From Camelus ferus (lineage: Eukaryota): a DNA stretch of 64,000 bases. Where the stretch lies: assembly GCF_009834535.1 (NCBI RefSeq), contig NC_045707.1:46564001-46628000 (forward strand), given 5' to 3'. The notes under the pieces were generated by a model, which did not search any database, was not told the origin of the DNA, and saw only the letters and a list, made by a program, of their open reading frames with translations. This document shows positions 37,501 through 51,309 of the stretch, piece after piece (the first letter of the stretch is position 1; each line of letters opens with the position of its first letter). The translations under genes and the position numbers were made by a program.

Positions 37501-40444
37501 AGCAGTGTTAAAAGATTTTCCACCACCAGTAACTTGAACAATGGATTCAAAAAAGGGTCTAAATGGGAAGTGAACAGGTCAGAAATGAACCAACTGCAGT
37601 CTGCTGGCAACCTGACGATGCCTGATATGTCATGGTTGGATACATTACTCATTTTAATATCAACAGTGACCAGGGTCACATACTGCCTTGGGTAGTTTCC
37701 TCTTCTGCATAATGGAGACATGAACAGAACCTCCATCATGGGGTTGTTATAAGGATTAAATAGGTGAATGTACTTAACACAGTTAGACTAACACCTGCGC
37801 ATAATAAGCGTTATTAGCAAAGTACATGCCATGAATGGTGCTCAGGGCTTCGCATACTTTACTAGTAGAAATAACAAAGGAGCCAGGATGAAAAGAAACC
37901 TGAGGAGTTAGTGAGAAGAGGAAGGGTAGAAATTTATACACTAGAGTTTTTCAGTGCACAGTCTTTGTATTACTTTCCTCGCTGCCTCGAGCAAGCATCC
38001 CAAACTCCCTCTTCCACTGCTGGGTCTCAGCATCTGCTCAGACACGCCTGCCCTCGCTCACAGAGCATTTAACATCGTGCGTAACTACATATTTCATTCC
38101 TTGTTAACCCATCTATGAGTGTCTCTATCACTAGACTGTTCATTTCCTGAACACAGGAGCTGGCTTTGTTACCAATTATCCTCAACTCCTAGCAAAATGC
38201 TTGGATATCCATACTGGATGCTCGGTGAATGCATGTTCTGGCTACCTGTTGTGCACAAGTGGAATAAGTGAATGTATCAGGGTTCTTGCTGTAGAAGGTT
38301 ACCCCCAGCCAGCATGGCATCCACTTGGTCTACAAGATACTTGCCTCTCAAAAGCACACCAGCGCATAGAAAAGTGACCTCCCCCCCACACACAGCAGAT
38401 TGTAATCTAATGCTGCATCCTCTTATAGCTTCTCCCAGGACCCTAGGATTTGTGTCTCCCACTTCCAGAGAATTTTAAACCAGCCCTACATCACCATATA
38501 GTTCCTTATTTTGATCAGGTTCACAAAAAATGGGGTGAAGATGGAAGGGGAGGTTACCCTGACAGCAGCTAGAATATGAAAGTGGAGGGAAAGATAGCGT
38601 TTGAAGGGCTACCACCCTTTTACTAAGAAACACTTCCTTTTTGAGACTTCCAGAGGAGGCAGGAAGTACATGCCCAAACCTCAAAGTTTTGGGTAATTAA
38701 TAGCACCCTCAAAACCCCGAACAGGGTTCAGACACCCGGGGTGAGATGTAGGAATGGCCAGGATGTCTTGAAGTTAAAGACCAGATGTGGAGGAAAAGAA
38801 AAAATGAAAAAGGACTCCCAGAGCCGCCCTCCTTAGATTACTAGAATAACACAAACAGAACTTAAGGAAGGAAGGCAAAGAGAAAGAGGAGGTGAAGTTT
38901 TCTGATTTTGCAGGGTAGAGTAGGGAAAAAATGACCCCACTGGGAAACTGACCACTAGGCAGCCAGACTGCCTGGTCCACTTTTATGTTCTAGCTCACAG
39001 TGCACACAGAGCCTGCCCTGGAGGGGATGAAGGGAAAATATGACTTTGAATTTGCTGCATAAGAAGTTTGAAATAGTTGTATCAGGGCCATCAAAAGTTT
39101 AACTTCCTCTTTCCAGTATCTTCATCCATCTTTTGCAAACTCTAGATCCTTAACGCATTTCTTTTCCTGCGATGGCCAATTTGTGATGCACTGAATGCAC
39201 AACATGTAATCAACAAAAATGAAACAGATCTGTTTGGCAGAGAGGTAGAATTACTAAATTTCAAAAGAAAAGAAAGTATTATGAACATTTTTGAGTATCT
39301 GTGCATGTCTATAATATGAATATAGCTAAGGCTCAATAGCAAGCCCAGTTCTGGGCAGTGTATGTGGGGGGGGGGGGTGATGCTTAAAATGAAAGGTAAG
39401 GAGGGAGTATCTTTCCTGCATTCGATTTCTCAAATTAAAATGTTCCCACATCAGATGGCTGTGGGTTTACCCTGAGTATTAGCTACGAGGTGGGGAATAA
39501 ACCACTTCTGTACTCTTGCCTCCTAATTCATGCCTGGAGCTTTTTAATCCCGTGGCCTAAAGGTCTCAAAACAGATAAAACTGAAATGAATGTCTAACAT
39601 TCCTGGGGGTTCTCACCAGCGATTCTGAAAATAAATATAGCCTCTTGCAGGCGAGCTTCTATTTGTCCAGAATTACCTAGCTAAAGTGGAAGCTGCCCAC
39701 ACAATTACACTCTAGTTAAAATATTTTGAGCTCCACCCACTCGCTGCCCATTTTTAGCATGGTGTGATGGAGCAAGCTGGCCATGAGAAGCCATGTGGAA
39801 ATGTCTCTGAGTGACTGAACCCCAGGCCTGTTTGCAGGTGGGGCCTGACTGCTAGCCACCAGCTCCTTCCTACTGTACATACACAGATTACTTTTCAGAA
39901 TTCTTTCATACAAGCTCTCGTGTTTAAAACTAATAAAAGTAGGGCAGAACTCCTATCTCTCCATTTTACAGAATAGGAAACAGCCCTGTTTAGAGAGGAA
40001 ACATGGGTGGGAGAAAAGAGAAGACCATATCAGCCCAACAGATTGACAATGTCTTTAATGAGGCTCTTCTTTTAGATCTGCAGGGAGTCATTTTGGATGT
40101 ACTGCATATTATTTTGTTCTTTAGCAGGGTAGAAACCCGAATGAGTTAGGGCAATTTAGGTGGGTATCTGCCTTGCAGAGGCTCCAATGGGTCATCTTGA
40201 TCCCTCTTACGATTCTTACTGTGTTCTTTGGGATCTTATTAACGAATCTCCTTCCAATAGGTCTTTGCTCTTTGCACAATTCCAGAGGACATCCTCAGGC
40301 ACCATACAACATGCAACCCAGTGGTACTGCTCTAAAGGACTTTATTCCTAAATCAAACAAACCAAGCTTTTTCCCTTATGCTTAATTAAATTCACTTTCA
40401 TATTATTTTTCTTGGGTGTTCCAATTAAGTACGTGTTAAGCTAA

Positions 40445-40590
40445 GGGTCTGCAACTTTGGCTACTTATCTGAATTTGTAGTGCTTTTTACAAAATACACA
40501 TCCCAGACTTCATCCTTTGAGAGGCCAGTTTTGAGCCTGGGCATCAAATTTTCTCAAAGTTCTCCAGATGATTCCAACGCTGAGAACTGA
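40445..40590. mobile_element. MER5-family fragment
   Basis: cctgggcatc...ttctccagatgattccaa...tgagaact similar to the MER5 core; degraded. Confidence 0.5.
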
Positions 40591-41211
40591 GACTCAGAAC
40601 ACTGGACGAGGAATCAGGACACTCACATTGATTTTCCCGCATGACAGCCTCCCGGAGCTCCCCTGTTTCCTGTTCAAACAGTCCAATGGTGAGGAGTTAG
40701 GAGCCAGAACACCTGGTTCTGGTCCCAGCTCTGACATTACCCACTGTGTGATCCTATCAGCTGAATTTCTAGCTTTTTTATCCACGAAAAGAGGAGTCTA
40801 ATTCTTCCTCTGCTTGCGTTACATGCAGGATGCATTGTGATGGCGTATTTATACAAATATATGAATATTAATGCATTATTACTGTTACTATGAATAGAAC
40901 CTTTGGATTCCTTAGTGCCAAAAAGGGCGTGTTTATTCTATGAGTCCTATATGTCATTAAATACCCCATTTCCTGGAGGCCTAGCCTCTTGCCTGTCTCC
41001 ATTGTGAGAATGTTTCAGAAGCTTTGGGTCCCTTCCCTTTAACCACCCAAGCCAGAACACTCCAGCGATTTGAAGGAAGAAGAGAGAACTGGGTGACTTA
41101 GGTCATGACAAGAGATTGGGAGACAGAGTCTGATAGTAGATTAAGACTGATTCGGAACTGAAAGAAGGTCTTGAGAGATGGAGAGAGTGGCCGGGGTCTA
41201 GGCTTGGATCT

Positions 41212-41408
41212 TCAGTACAGTAGCTGTTAGCTACATATGCTTATTTAATTTAAATTAATTACAATGAAATAAAATTTAAAATTCAGTTCCTTACTCACAC
41301 CAGTCACAGGTCTAGCTCAATCCCCTCATGTGAGAGTGACTACCATATTGGACAGGGCTGATGGAGAACAAATTCGGCGTCACAGAAAGTTCTGTTGGAC
41401 AGTGCTGC
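41212..41408. mobile_element. MER3-like hAT MITE
   Basis: aaattaattacaatgaaataaaatttaaaattcagttcct...ctaccatattggacag...cagaaagttctgttggacagtgctg. Confidence 0.7.
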
Positions 41409-42199
41409 TTTAGAACTTCTGAGGGCTAGACCAAGGTTAATCTTTCCCAGAATGTGGCCAGATTTTGGTCAGAGAACAGCACTGTAATGTCAGTGCACTG
41501 GGAGGCCTGGGCAAGCTGGGATGTGTCACTATTCTTTCTGGCCTGCTCCACCCCCTTCTCTGATTCAGCCTGGAGATGGACTGGGAAGCACAGATGGGGG
41601 CCACAGTATGGAAGCCCTGGATGGGACTTTCTGGTTTCAACAAGGAGAGTGAGGCCCTTCCTTGGACCCTTGGGAATAGCCAGGGGCAAATGGAAAACAT
41701 CTGAAAACCAAATTATGACCACAGAGAGCTTTCCTTCATATACCAGCTCTTGAAGGACAAGCTGACCTCTACCACCTGCTGTCACATCTCTGAGCCTTTC
41801 AGGACCCAAGCATTAGGACTGGGTGGGAAGAGAAGCACCAGAAAAATCAAAGAAGGTCATCTGGGCAGGGCCCTGGAGCCCACGCAGTCTCACCCCTTCT
41901 TGGGAACCGACCTAGGACAGCTTGGGCAGCACAACACAAGATCATCTTTGGAGGGGAACAGCAGCCACTAAGAAAGCGAAAGTGGCTTCTCCTCCCCTAG
42001 ACTTCATGTCCTGGCTGAACTGAAGGCAAAGTTCAAGTCAAATTTTGCCACATTTCCACTTTTAGACCAAAATTCTTTAGCCACACAGGCATAAAACCTT
42101 GATAAAGTGATCATGATGAAGTTCCAGCTCTCTGTCCCTTTTGATTTCTGAGGCTGGATGCTGTACCCCAGCAGGCATCATACCATCAGAAATCCCCTA

Positions 42200-43751
42200 C
42201 ACCTGTACAGAATCACAAAAGACCCAGAATTACCAAAGCAATACTAAATAAAAAGAATGAAGCTGGAGGCATAACCCTCTTAGACTTCAGACAAAACTAC
42301 AAAGCTACAGTAATTAAAACAGCATAGTATTGGCACAAGAACAGACATATGGATCAGTGGAATAGAATAGAGTGCTCAGAAATAAACTCATGCACCTACT
42401 GTCAATTAATCTTTGACAAAGGAGGCAAGAATATACAATGGAGAAAAGACAGTCTCTTTGGCAAGTGGTGTTGGGAAAACTGGACAGCTGCATGTAAATC
42501 AATGAATACTCCCTCACACTAGACACAAAAATAAACTCAAAATGGCTTAAAGACTTAAACATAAGACAGGACACCATAAAACTCCTAGAAGAGAACATGG
42601 GCAAAACATTAACTGAAATAAATCTTAGCAATGTTTTCCTAGGTCAGTCTACCAAGGCAATAGAAGTAGAAGCAAAAATAAACAAATGGGACTAATTAAA
42701 CTTTTGGACAGCAAAGGAAACCATAAACAAAACAAAAAGACAACCTATAGACTGGGAGAAAATATTTGCAAATGATGCTAATGACAAAGGCTTAACTTCC
42801 AGAACATACAAACAAATAGCGAATACAACTCAATAGAAAAAAAAAAAAAAAAAAGCCAAAACAATCCCATCAAAAAATGGGCAGAAGACCTAAAGAGAAA
42901 TTTGTCCAATGAAGACATACAGCTAGCCAATAGGCACACGAAAAAAATGCTCAATATCCCTAATTATCAGAGAAATGCTAATCAAAACTATAATGAGATA
43001 TCAACTCCCACCAGTCAGGATGGCCAACATTAAAAGGATAAATGCTGGAGAGGGTGTGGAGAAAAGGGAACCTTCTACACTGTTGGTGGGAATGTAATTT
43101 GGTGTAGCCATTAAGGAAAATAGTATGGAGATTTCTTAAAAAACTAAAAATAGAGTTATCATATGATCCAGCAATCCCACACCTGGGCATACATTCAAAG
43201 AAAACTCTAATTCAAAAAGATACATGCACTTCAATGTTCATAGCAGCACAATTTACAATAGCCAAGACATGGAAGCAACCTAAATGCCCATAACAGATGA
43301 TTGGATAAAGAAGATATGGTATATACATAATGCAATACTACTCAGTCATAAGAAAGAATGAAATAATGCCATTTGCAGAAACATGGATGGACCTAGAAAT
43401 GATCATATGGTATCACTTATATGTGGAATCTAAAAAATGATACAAATGAACTCATTTACAAAACAGAAACAGATTCACAGACATAGAAAACAAATATGGT
43501 TACCAAAGGGAAAAAGGTAAGAGGAGGGATAAATTAAGAGTTTGGGATTAGCAGATACAAACTACTACATATAAAATAGATGAACAACACGGTCCTACTG
43601 TATAGCACAGGGAATTACATTAAATAGCTTATAATAACCTATAATGAAAAAGAATACAAAAAAGAATATATACATGTATAACTGAATTACTATGCTGTAT
43701 ACCAGAAAATAATACAACATTGTAAATAAACTGTACTTCAATTTTAAAAAA
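42200..43751 (+). mobile_element. 5'-truncated LINE-1 (ORF2 3' part + 3' UTR)
   Basis: Colinear with the 11.4-13.2 kb L1, with an A-rich tail and a perfect 12-bp TSD agaaatccccta at 42188-42199 and 43752-43763. Confidence 0.95.
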
Positions 43752-44724
43752 AGAAATCCCCTAGGCCAATGGCCAGAATGATTGGGATCAAGCCTCAGGA
43801 GCTATTCCAGTGGTATAGGTTTTAGGACTTGGCTGGATTCCTATTTCCTTTTTATTCCAGGTGTGTGTGGGTAAGGGTAGGGTAGTGGAAGTGAGGTGTC
43901 TCTGAACCATTTTAGTCCAATCGCATGTCCCAACTGTCTTTGATGACAGTTATTTCTAACATGAATCATGCAAATTAATGAGTCATTAATTTCAGAAATA
44001 GAAAACAAATTCTGATATTCAAAATCTAATGAACAAATCATTGGTCACTGATTGAGATATCAATTGCAGAAGGACTCCTAGTTGCCTCTGGAGTTGGCCA
44101 TCTCTGATGTAATGCTGGCTAACCTCCCTCAGACTGTGCGTTCCTGGTCATATGACCACCTGGCAAATGTATCACATCACCCTGATTATTCTAAAGTACT
44201 TAAAAATAAACGAGAAACTGTAACATGCTTCCACTGTAATGGGAAAACTTAAGTAGAGTGAATTCAATTGACTTTAAGTCACACAAAGAAACAGAACGGA
44301 ACAAATCCCAGCTGTTCTGAACCTTAGATCCATTCCCCTCAACCCAGCCTGTGTTTCCCTCAAACATGGTGTGTGTATTTGTGTAGCCCACATACCCTTG
44401 GTCATCTTACTGATTCTTGTAGACTGAATCTAGAATAATTCAACTATTTGTTCTCCACAAGACTCCTACTTATTTAAACAATTGCCATATGATGTTTGTT
44501 TAACTTAACCTTAAACTCCAAATCAACTAACATAGAAAGCTTCTTGAAGGGCAAGGACAGTCTTATTTTTTTTTTTCTAATAATTCCAATACTCAGTGTA
44601 GTGCCTGACACTTATATGACAGCAGTAAAGAGTTGCTAGATAAAGGAATACAGCTAATATGATCATATCTAGGGTGCAGAGTTAAAGTTTATACCAGTGG
44701 TAGTTCCTAGAATGGAAAACTATT

Positions 44725-44957
44725 ACTCATACAATAGGTAACATTTTTACAACCCTTACTGTGTGCCAGACTCTTTTCTAACCACTTTATACATATTCAC
44801 TCACTTAATCTTTATAAAAATCCTACGCAATACATAGTATTATCCCCATATTATGAGGAAACTGAGGTGCAGGGAAGTTAAATGATTTGCCCAAGATCAC
44901 ACAGCCAGTAAATGAGAGAATCGGGATTTGAACTCAGGCCATCTGGTTCCAAATCAT
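44725..44957 (-). mobile_element. MIR SINE (host or neighbour of the vic-1-like SINE)
   Basis: atgaggaaactgaggtgcagggaagttaaatgatttgcccaagatcacacagccagtaa...gggatttgaactcagg. Confidence 0.85.
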
Positions 44958-44969
44958 GTGTCCTTTTTC

Positions 44970-45121
44970 GTTTTTGTTTTATTGGGGTTTTTGTGGGGGG
45001 GAGGTAATTAGGCTTATTTACTTATTTAATGGAGGCCCTGGGGATTGAACCCAGGACCTCATGCATACTAGGCATGCTAAGTATGCACCCTCCCACTGAG
45101 CTACACCCACCATCCCACCCA
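44970..45121 (-). mobile_element. tRNA-derived SINE, camelid vic-1-like
   Basis: Minus strand has A box TAGCTCAGTGG, B box GGTTCAATCCC, then ...ctccattaaataagtaaataagcctaattacctccccc and an A-rich tail. Perfect 12-bp TSD gtgtcctttttc at 44958-44969 and 45122-45133. Confidence 0.88.
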
Positions 45122-48100
45122 GTGTCCTTTTTCTTATGATGTAGCAAGTAGGAGGAAAATTAAATTTTTGCTCCCCCTTCACAGCCGACACAGAAATAAC
45201 ACATAAAGTGGTCTCAAATGAACTTCTGCCAGTCAAATAGCTAAAAGGTGATAAATAATCAACCTAGGAATTATCAGGGAACTTGGCCACCATTTAGGCA
45301 ACTATAGCCGTGGGAATCAGTAGAAGAGAGTTTTACTCTTGAGTGCATTTCCTGGAGACATATTTACGAGTGCATGTGTATGGATGGGAGGGATTGCTGG
45401 GGAAGGACAAGGTTGAGAAGCAGGGAAAGAGAAAACCCTTACAGAAGAGGAACCCTCTTTCTACCCTTGTCCTTGGGCAGCCTCGGTCACACAAGTGCAC
45501 CCACAGTGCCTTGCGTCTGAGAGTAGTGACACCCGTGGCCTGTGGTCACCTGATTACTGCCAAGCAGGGATGGAGACCCAGCATGCCAGACTTTCCAGTT
45601 TTTAAAGAGAACAGGAAACCTGCATTTTTATGTGAAATGCTCTGGTTTTTAAAATAATAGACTTCTCCCTGCTGGAGACAAAGTCTACCAGCTTGAGAAC
45701 TCAGATCTCAGACTTTACAAAGTCCTGGGATTCAGAATTGTAAAGACTTACTGAGTATCCAGAATGAAATGCAAATATCTGCATCTAAGTTACTGCAACG
45801 AAGCACGGATTTTCCTGGCCCTTCCCCAGGAACTGCCTGGGATTTGCAGAATTCCCACTTGTATTTTCCAGTAGTCATACATTTATGCACCACTTGACAG
45901 TTTTTACCACATTTGCATACCACTCGTATCATGATATATTTAGTACTTTCCTCTTTATTGGCTCTATATTAACTCACTTTTTAAAACCTAGGCTGCCATA
46001 ATCTATAATAAAATCGTAAGTTTGATGTGCTAGGCAGAGTTTTCCCTAAGTGCATTAAAGTAAACAAACAACTAGTAGAGTTAATATTGCTCATTCCGTC
46101 TATCACTTAAAATCATTCTCTGGTGATACGCTTTTCATTATCAGGAAGCACTAACATTCTGAAACAGACTGTTTCAGACAAGGCTAGGATGGCATGTTGG
46201 AGAGGCAGAAAGAGATGTGATTGTGCTGGGCTGGAAGGGGAGGAAGAGAAGCCAGAGTAGAGAGAAGAAATTCTCTTCCACTTGGTAAGAAATGTGGGGA
46301 CTGGATGGTTCACTGCTAAAAGACGGGCTGTGGTTTTCTTAAAAAAAACTCCCTGCCCCTTCCATTGGTTAGAAAAAAAATCTCTGCCTATCTCCCATAT
46401 TTCATTTGTCTGCTGTCTCCTTAGGACTAACAACAATTTGCATGAAAACTATCCAGCTCTTTGTTCACAGGAGTCCTTGCGTGCCTGCTGTTTTCTTGCT
46501 CACTCAGGCTGGTGCTTTTTCTGTGGTTTAATCACAAGCCCCTGCTTTGGGTCCAAAGCAGCAGGTAGTGGAGCCAGGCTTCAGCCCCGTGGGGAGGTAG
46601 TATTTTCATCTAGAATACCTGAGGGCTAAGTCCTGGGAAAGAAACTCCCTGGAATTGACTCCACAGGAGGGCTGCAATGACTAACTGTGAGCATCCAGGG
46701 ACGGGGGACTAGATTTTACAAAGTGAATGGTACAAAGAGTGTTCTGCTCCAGAGTAATAGATGTTGACAGGAAGGAGCCCTTGTTCCCAGCATCTTGCCT
46801 TGGGCACAAATGACAAATGGACATTCATCCAAGTTCAGTCCTTGGCACCCTTAGCAGGTATTATCTCGCAGCTGCTGGATGGAGCGCCCCTACTGGCACC
46901 CACAGGAGAAAGCGTTTTTTTTTGAGTTGTTTTCCAGGAGTGATAATGGCTGTTCCTTTCTTCCATCTTGTTTTTAAAAACGTTTCTTTTTTATCTATAA
47001 AAGTAACTCTTCAGGACAGAGACTGTGCTTGTGTTCTGCGCATCACTGAATTGCTACTGATGCCTAGCATGTGAGTTCTTAATATTAGCTCAATTAAATT
47101 AACTAATTTAAATGATTTATTAATTAGTTAACACATTGCGGGGGAAGATGTAGTAGTATGAAAATCAGAAGAACTACTAATAATTCCACCTACAGAGATA
47201 ACCTGTTAATCTTTTGATAAATCTGTCTCATCTTTTGGCATATACATTTTTTTCCACATAAAACTGAGATCATGCTTTAGGATGAATTTTATATTCTGCT
47301 TTTAAATTCATGTTAGATCATGAGAAATTTCCAAGATCATTAGTCTTCAAAAAGATCCCATTTCATGACTGTATGACCCTCCAAAACGTGGGTGGAACAG
47401 CTTGTTGAACCCCCCCAACAACCCCACGCTGGGTATGCAGGATGCTTTCAAGTTCTCTGTTAGGACTCAGAACAATGAACAGTTGTTGCAGTCACTGTGT
47501 TTCTTCTACGTGGCAGGCCCTGCACTTGACACCAGGGCACAGAGAAGGAGGAAAGCTTCAAGTTCACGTTCACGGGGAAGGGGCGGTGGTGGAGGAACCT
47601 GGGGGGGTGGGGACAGTCAGGCAGGGGGAAGAGAGCCAGAACTCAGCAGTTCTCAGACTCCAAGGGTGGGGAGAGTCTGGAAGGAGAAGGTGGACAAGTG
47701 TCAAAGGTGCAGAGACACCCCGGCACCCATCTGCAAACTGTGCTCTGGCCCCTGTGCCTTCTAGTTCCTCTAATGGGGCCCCGCCTCTCCTGTGGGCAGT
47801 AGGGACTTTGCCCGTGCTTTCCCCATGCCTGGACCCCATCCACTGCTTTACAGTCCCTTGTCTTACGTCCCTTTTCTGCCTCCCCTGACTCAACTACTTC
47901 CTTCTATTATACACTTTCACAATGGATGCTCTTCTTTGTACATTTTCTAATCATTTCTATAATCTTTGGTCACTGCAAGCCTTCTCCACTGGAAGCCTTG
48001 AAGGTAATACAAATGCACAGAATGAATGAGTGAAGGAAGGGGGGGGCTGTGAGAGGGTTCTCTTCTTTGTAAATATAGAACAGATGCAGGCACACAGAGG

Positions 48101-51100
48101 CACAGATGAAAACACACAAGGAGAGGTTCTCCAGCAGCCTCAGCTTTGCCTAAGGAGAAGCATTTCCTTGGCAGGCTCCTGGGTACAGAGCAAGACTGGC
48201 TTGGCCTACACAGGGCAGGGCCAGGAATCAAACCCATGAACTTGGCATCAGTAGTTCATTGACTACTCCTCTGACACGGAGCAACAACAAAAAGGAAAGA
48301 AGGTGGTGGGCACCTCTTCCTGTGCCCTCCCAGTTTTCTTCCTTTCGAGGGAAAAGGGAGGGTAGGGTGTCTTTGGAAGGTTCTCTATGCAGAGCAAGCA
48401 GCCAGAAGGCAGCCAGAAGGCAAGGAGGGAGATCTGTTCGTACTGCAGATGAAATGACTGAGAATCCAGGGACCTGTCTAGTGGCAACCCTGTCAGCCAT
48501 GGAAGAATCCATTTCTAATAGCTCCTTCTTATACATTATTCATGAAAACAGGAAGACAGAGCTGATAATATCAGAATGATGCCGCTGTCCAGCAAATCCA
48601 ATGCCTGTAGCTTGAGGGCATTTTAACTAGGATGGAAAAAAATTATTTTTGCCAATCTGAGGTCTGGGAGGCTTAGAAAGCTAACTCAAACTTGAAGAGC
48701 TGGCGTGGGTTTTGCATTTGGAAAAAGGCGTGGCCTTCCACCAGCAGCATCTGTTTCTTTGTGGTGGCTGGGACCTCCCTACCCTCTCATTTCTTAGTTT
48801 CTAATGGAAAAATTAATGCTGCTCTATTTAAATAGCCCTAGGTTTTCAAATCAGTTTCTATTTTCATATCTGTCAGTCAAAAGGCAGGGACAAGCAATAG
48901 GACTTTGTGGAGGGCTTTGCCAGATTTCAATATAAATTTATTAGCTTCTAATCTTTTCAAGCCTAAGGGACGAGTGCTTTTTAAACAGTGAGAGTAGTCT
49001 GCTGTTGCTGAAATCTGATTTCCCTCCCATTTTTGATTCATTACAACTGCAAGATTCATTCCAACCTAAACTGCCCTCCAACTTGCTGTCAAGCCAGGAG
49101 GTTAGTTTGTTGAAAGAGAAGAGAGAACACTGGGAAGGCAGGTCATTTCAGTTTCCCCAGGGGTAGAGGTGTGGAGCGGGAGAAGGCAGCTCACTGCGAT
49201 TCTTGATTTGCCTGTTATTTTCTGTCTTTTGTGTAGCATGTTCTGGCTTCTTGAACATCACTTGATGCATTTAATGAATTTAATTACATTCATTCATTTA
49301 TCCCACAATTACTGAGAGTGTACGAATTGTCCTGGGTACTTACAAACCACTTGCAAACTGAAAAATGAACCAAGCTTTGGTGCCTGCCTTCATCCAGTTT
49401 ATAATCTCTGTAGGCAGATGGACATGTGGTTCAATGGCTGCAGAAAACAGTGTTTCTCCAGGTGTGCTGGGGAAGGAAATGATTGTGGAGGGTCTTCAAA
49501 TGATCCGGTTTCATTTGAATAATTATGTATTTTATTTTCATGTATATTATATGAACTTCACTAGCCCTTGCAACATGTAATTTCACAGACACTTGCTCGA
49601 GAGACTGATGAATTTTATTTGAAGAAAATGTTAACGATAGACCAAATAGTATTAGGATACGGCAAAATCACAAAGTTGGATAATAATAATAATAAAAAAA
49701 TACTCAATACTTAAGAGCGTTTAGTATGAGCCAGGTACTTTTGATAAGTGTTTTACAAATACGTTTTTTTGAATTGTCTCCACTCCTGATTCCTGAAGAA
49801 ATACTGTAGTAGTTTGATCACATGTCCATCTGCCTGCAAAGATTATAAACTGCCTGAAGTCAGGCACCAAAGCCTGGTTCATTTCCTAGTTTGCAAATAG
49901 TTTGAAATATCAAACCATTTTGATAATAAATAAATTTCGATGTCGTACACCCTCAATAATTGTTTGAGGGATGAGTTAATAAAGGAAACTGAATGCACCA
50001 AGGGATAGTCAAGAAGACAAAACATTCTACACGAAGGACAGAAAATAACAGGGCTCACCCTCTCACTGGCCGCTCTCTTTCCTACTCCCCACAAGGGGTG
50101 AGGCAGCCTTGGGGCTGTCTGGGTGTCCCTCTTCAGGCCCTGTCTCCCCACAGCCAGGTCTCAGGACTGGATGGGGCGGGTGGCTTAGGTGGGATAGGGA
50201 GGGTGGATGTGGGAAGTCCAATTTCAGCCTGGGTGCTATCTAATCATTCACCAATCCAGCTGTACTGAGAACAAGCCAGTTGCCACATTTCAATCTCCAT
50301 CTGGTTTCTGGTCTGATTTGGTTAAGAGTCTGGAAGGGTGGAGGCTTGTGATTAATTCACAACAATAACTATTCACCTTTATCACAACCTCATGCATCAT
50401 TATCATCCTCGTTTGGACAGGGAAACAGGCTCAAAGAGCTCAGAGAACTTGCTGGAGGTCACAGCTAGTGAATGGCAAAGCCAGGATTCAAATGGATGTC
50501 TTCTCTCACCTCTTTAAAAAAATTCCTATTTCTGGTAGCGAAGATGGTCTTCTTCAAAAATCTCCAACATGCTAGTATAATATAACTATTAGACATCACA
50601 AAGTTTAAAGAAATATTATTTCTGCATAGTTTTTGATGTGCAACTAAAGTCTTACAAAATGAAATGATCACTTGAATGATTAAATTATAACAGAGGGGTA
50701 GCTGCCTATTTGGGCAAACATTTCACTGAACTCAGTGTTAACACTGGCCAAATTTTCCCCGTTGATTCTTCTCTGAATTCCAATGAATTTTTCATCAGCT
50801 TATTAATTAGCACAAATCTTGGATTTTGCTTTGTAATTAAGGTCTTATGTGTTCCTCCAGATCTTCTATTTGAGTTAAATGTTGATTTTTCACAGAGAAA
50901 AATTAGGAATTTGATGACTGCCTTCCTTCCTGGCAATAGAATATATATGCTGCCTGTCAAAAAAGATTGAGTGCCTGAGTTTCTAAGATAGGGAGTGATA
51001 GATTATTCAGCATGAAACTGCAAACTCGTTTGCCCAATATCATAATCAATTGCTGACAGCAGCCCCCACCCCCACCGACCCGCCGAAACCCATTTATGAA

Positions 51101-51309
51101 ATGCATGTGGTAGTCTAGTCACTGAATCTGAACTCGAATGCCATGACTTGCCATTAGTCTTTGTAAGTTTTCTTTAGTCCATGTCTTGGACTCTTATAAT
51201 TTCAGAGTCACCAAAAGCAATGAACTTATATAGCATAGGTACATTTCTCATAGTATTATTAGTATTAATAACATTAATAGTTCTTACCACATGCATGGAG
51301 CTCTTGTAT

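Noticed and set aside
45030..45110. Possible tRNA gene
   Set aside because: A/B boxes are followed by a SINE body and A-rich tail and flanked by a TSD; the cloverleaf is disrupted.
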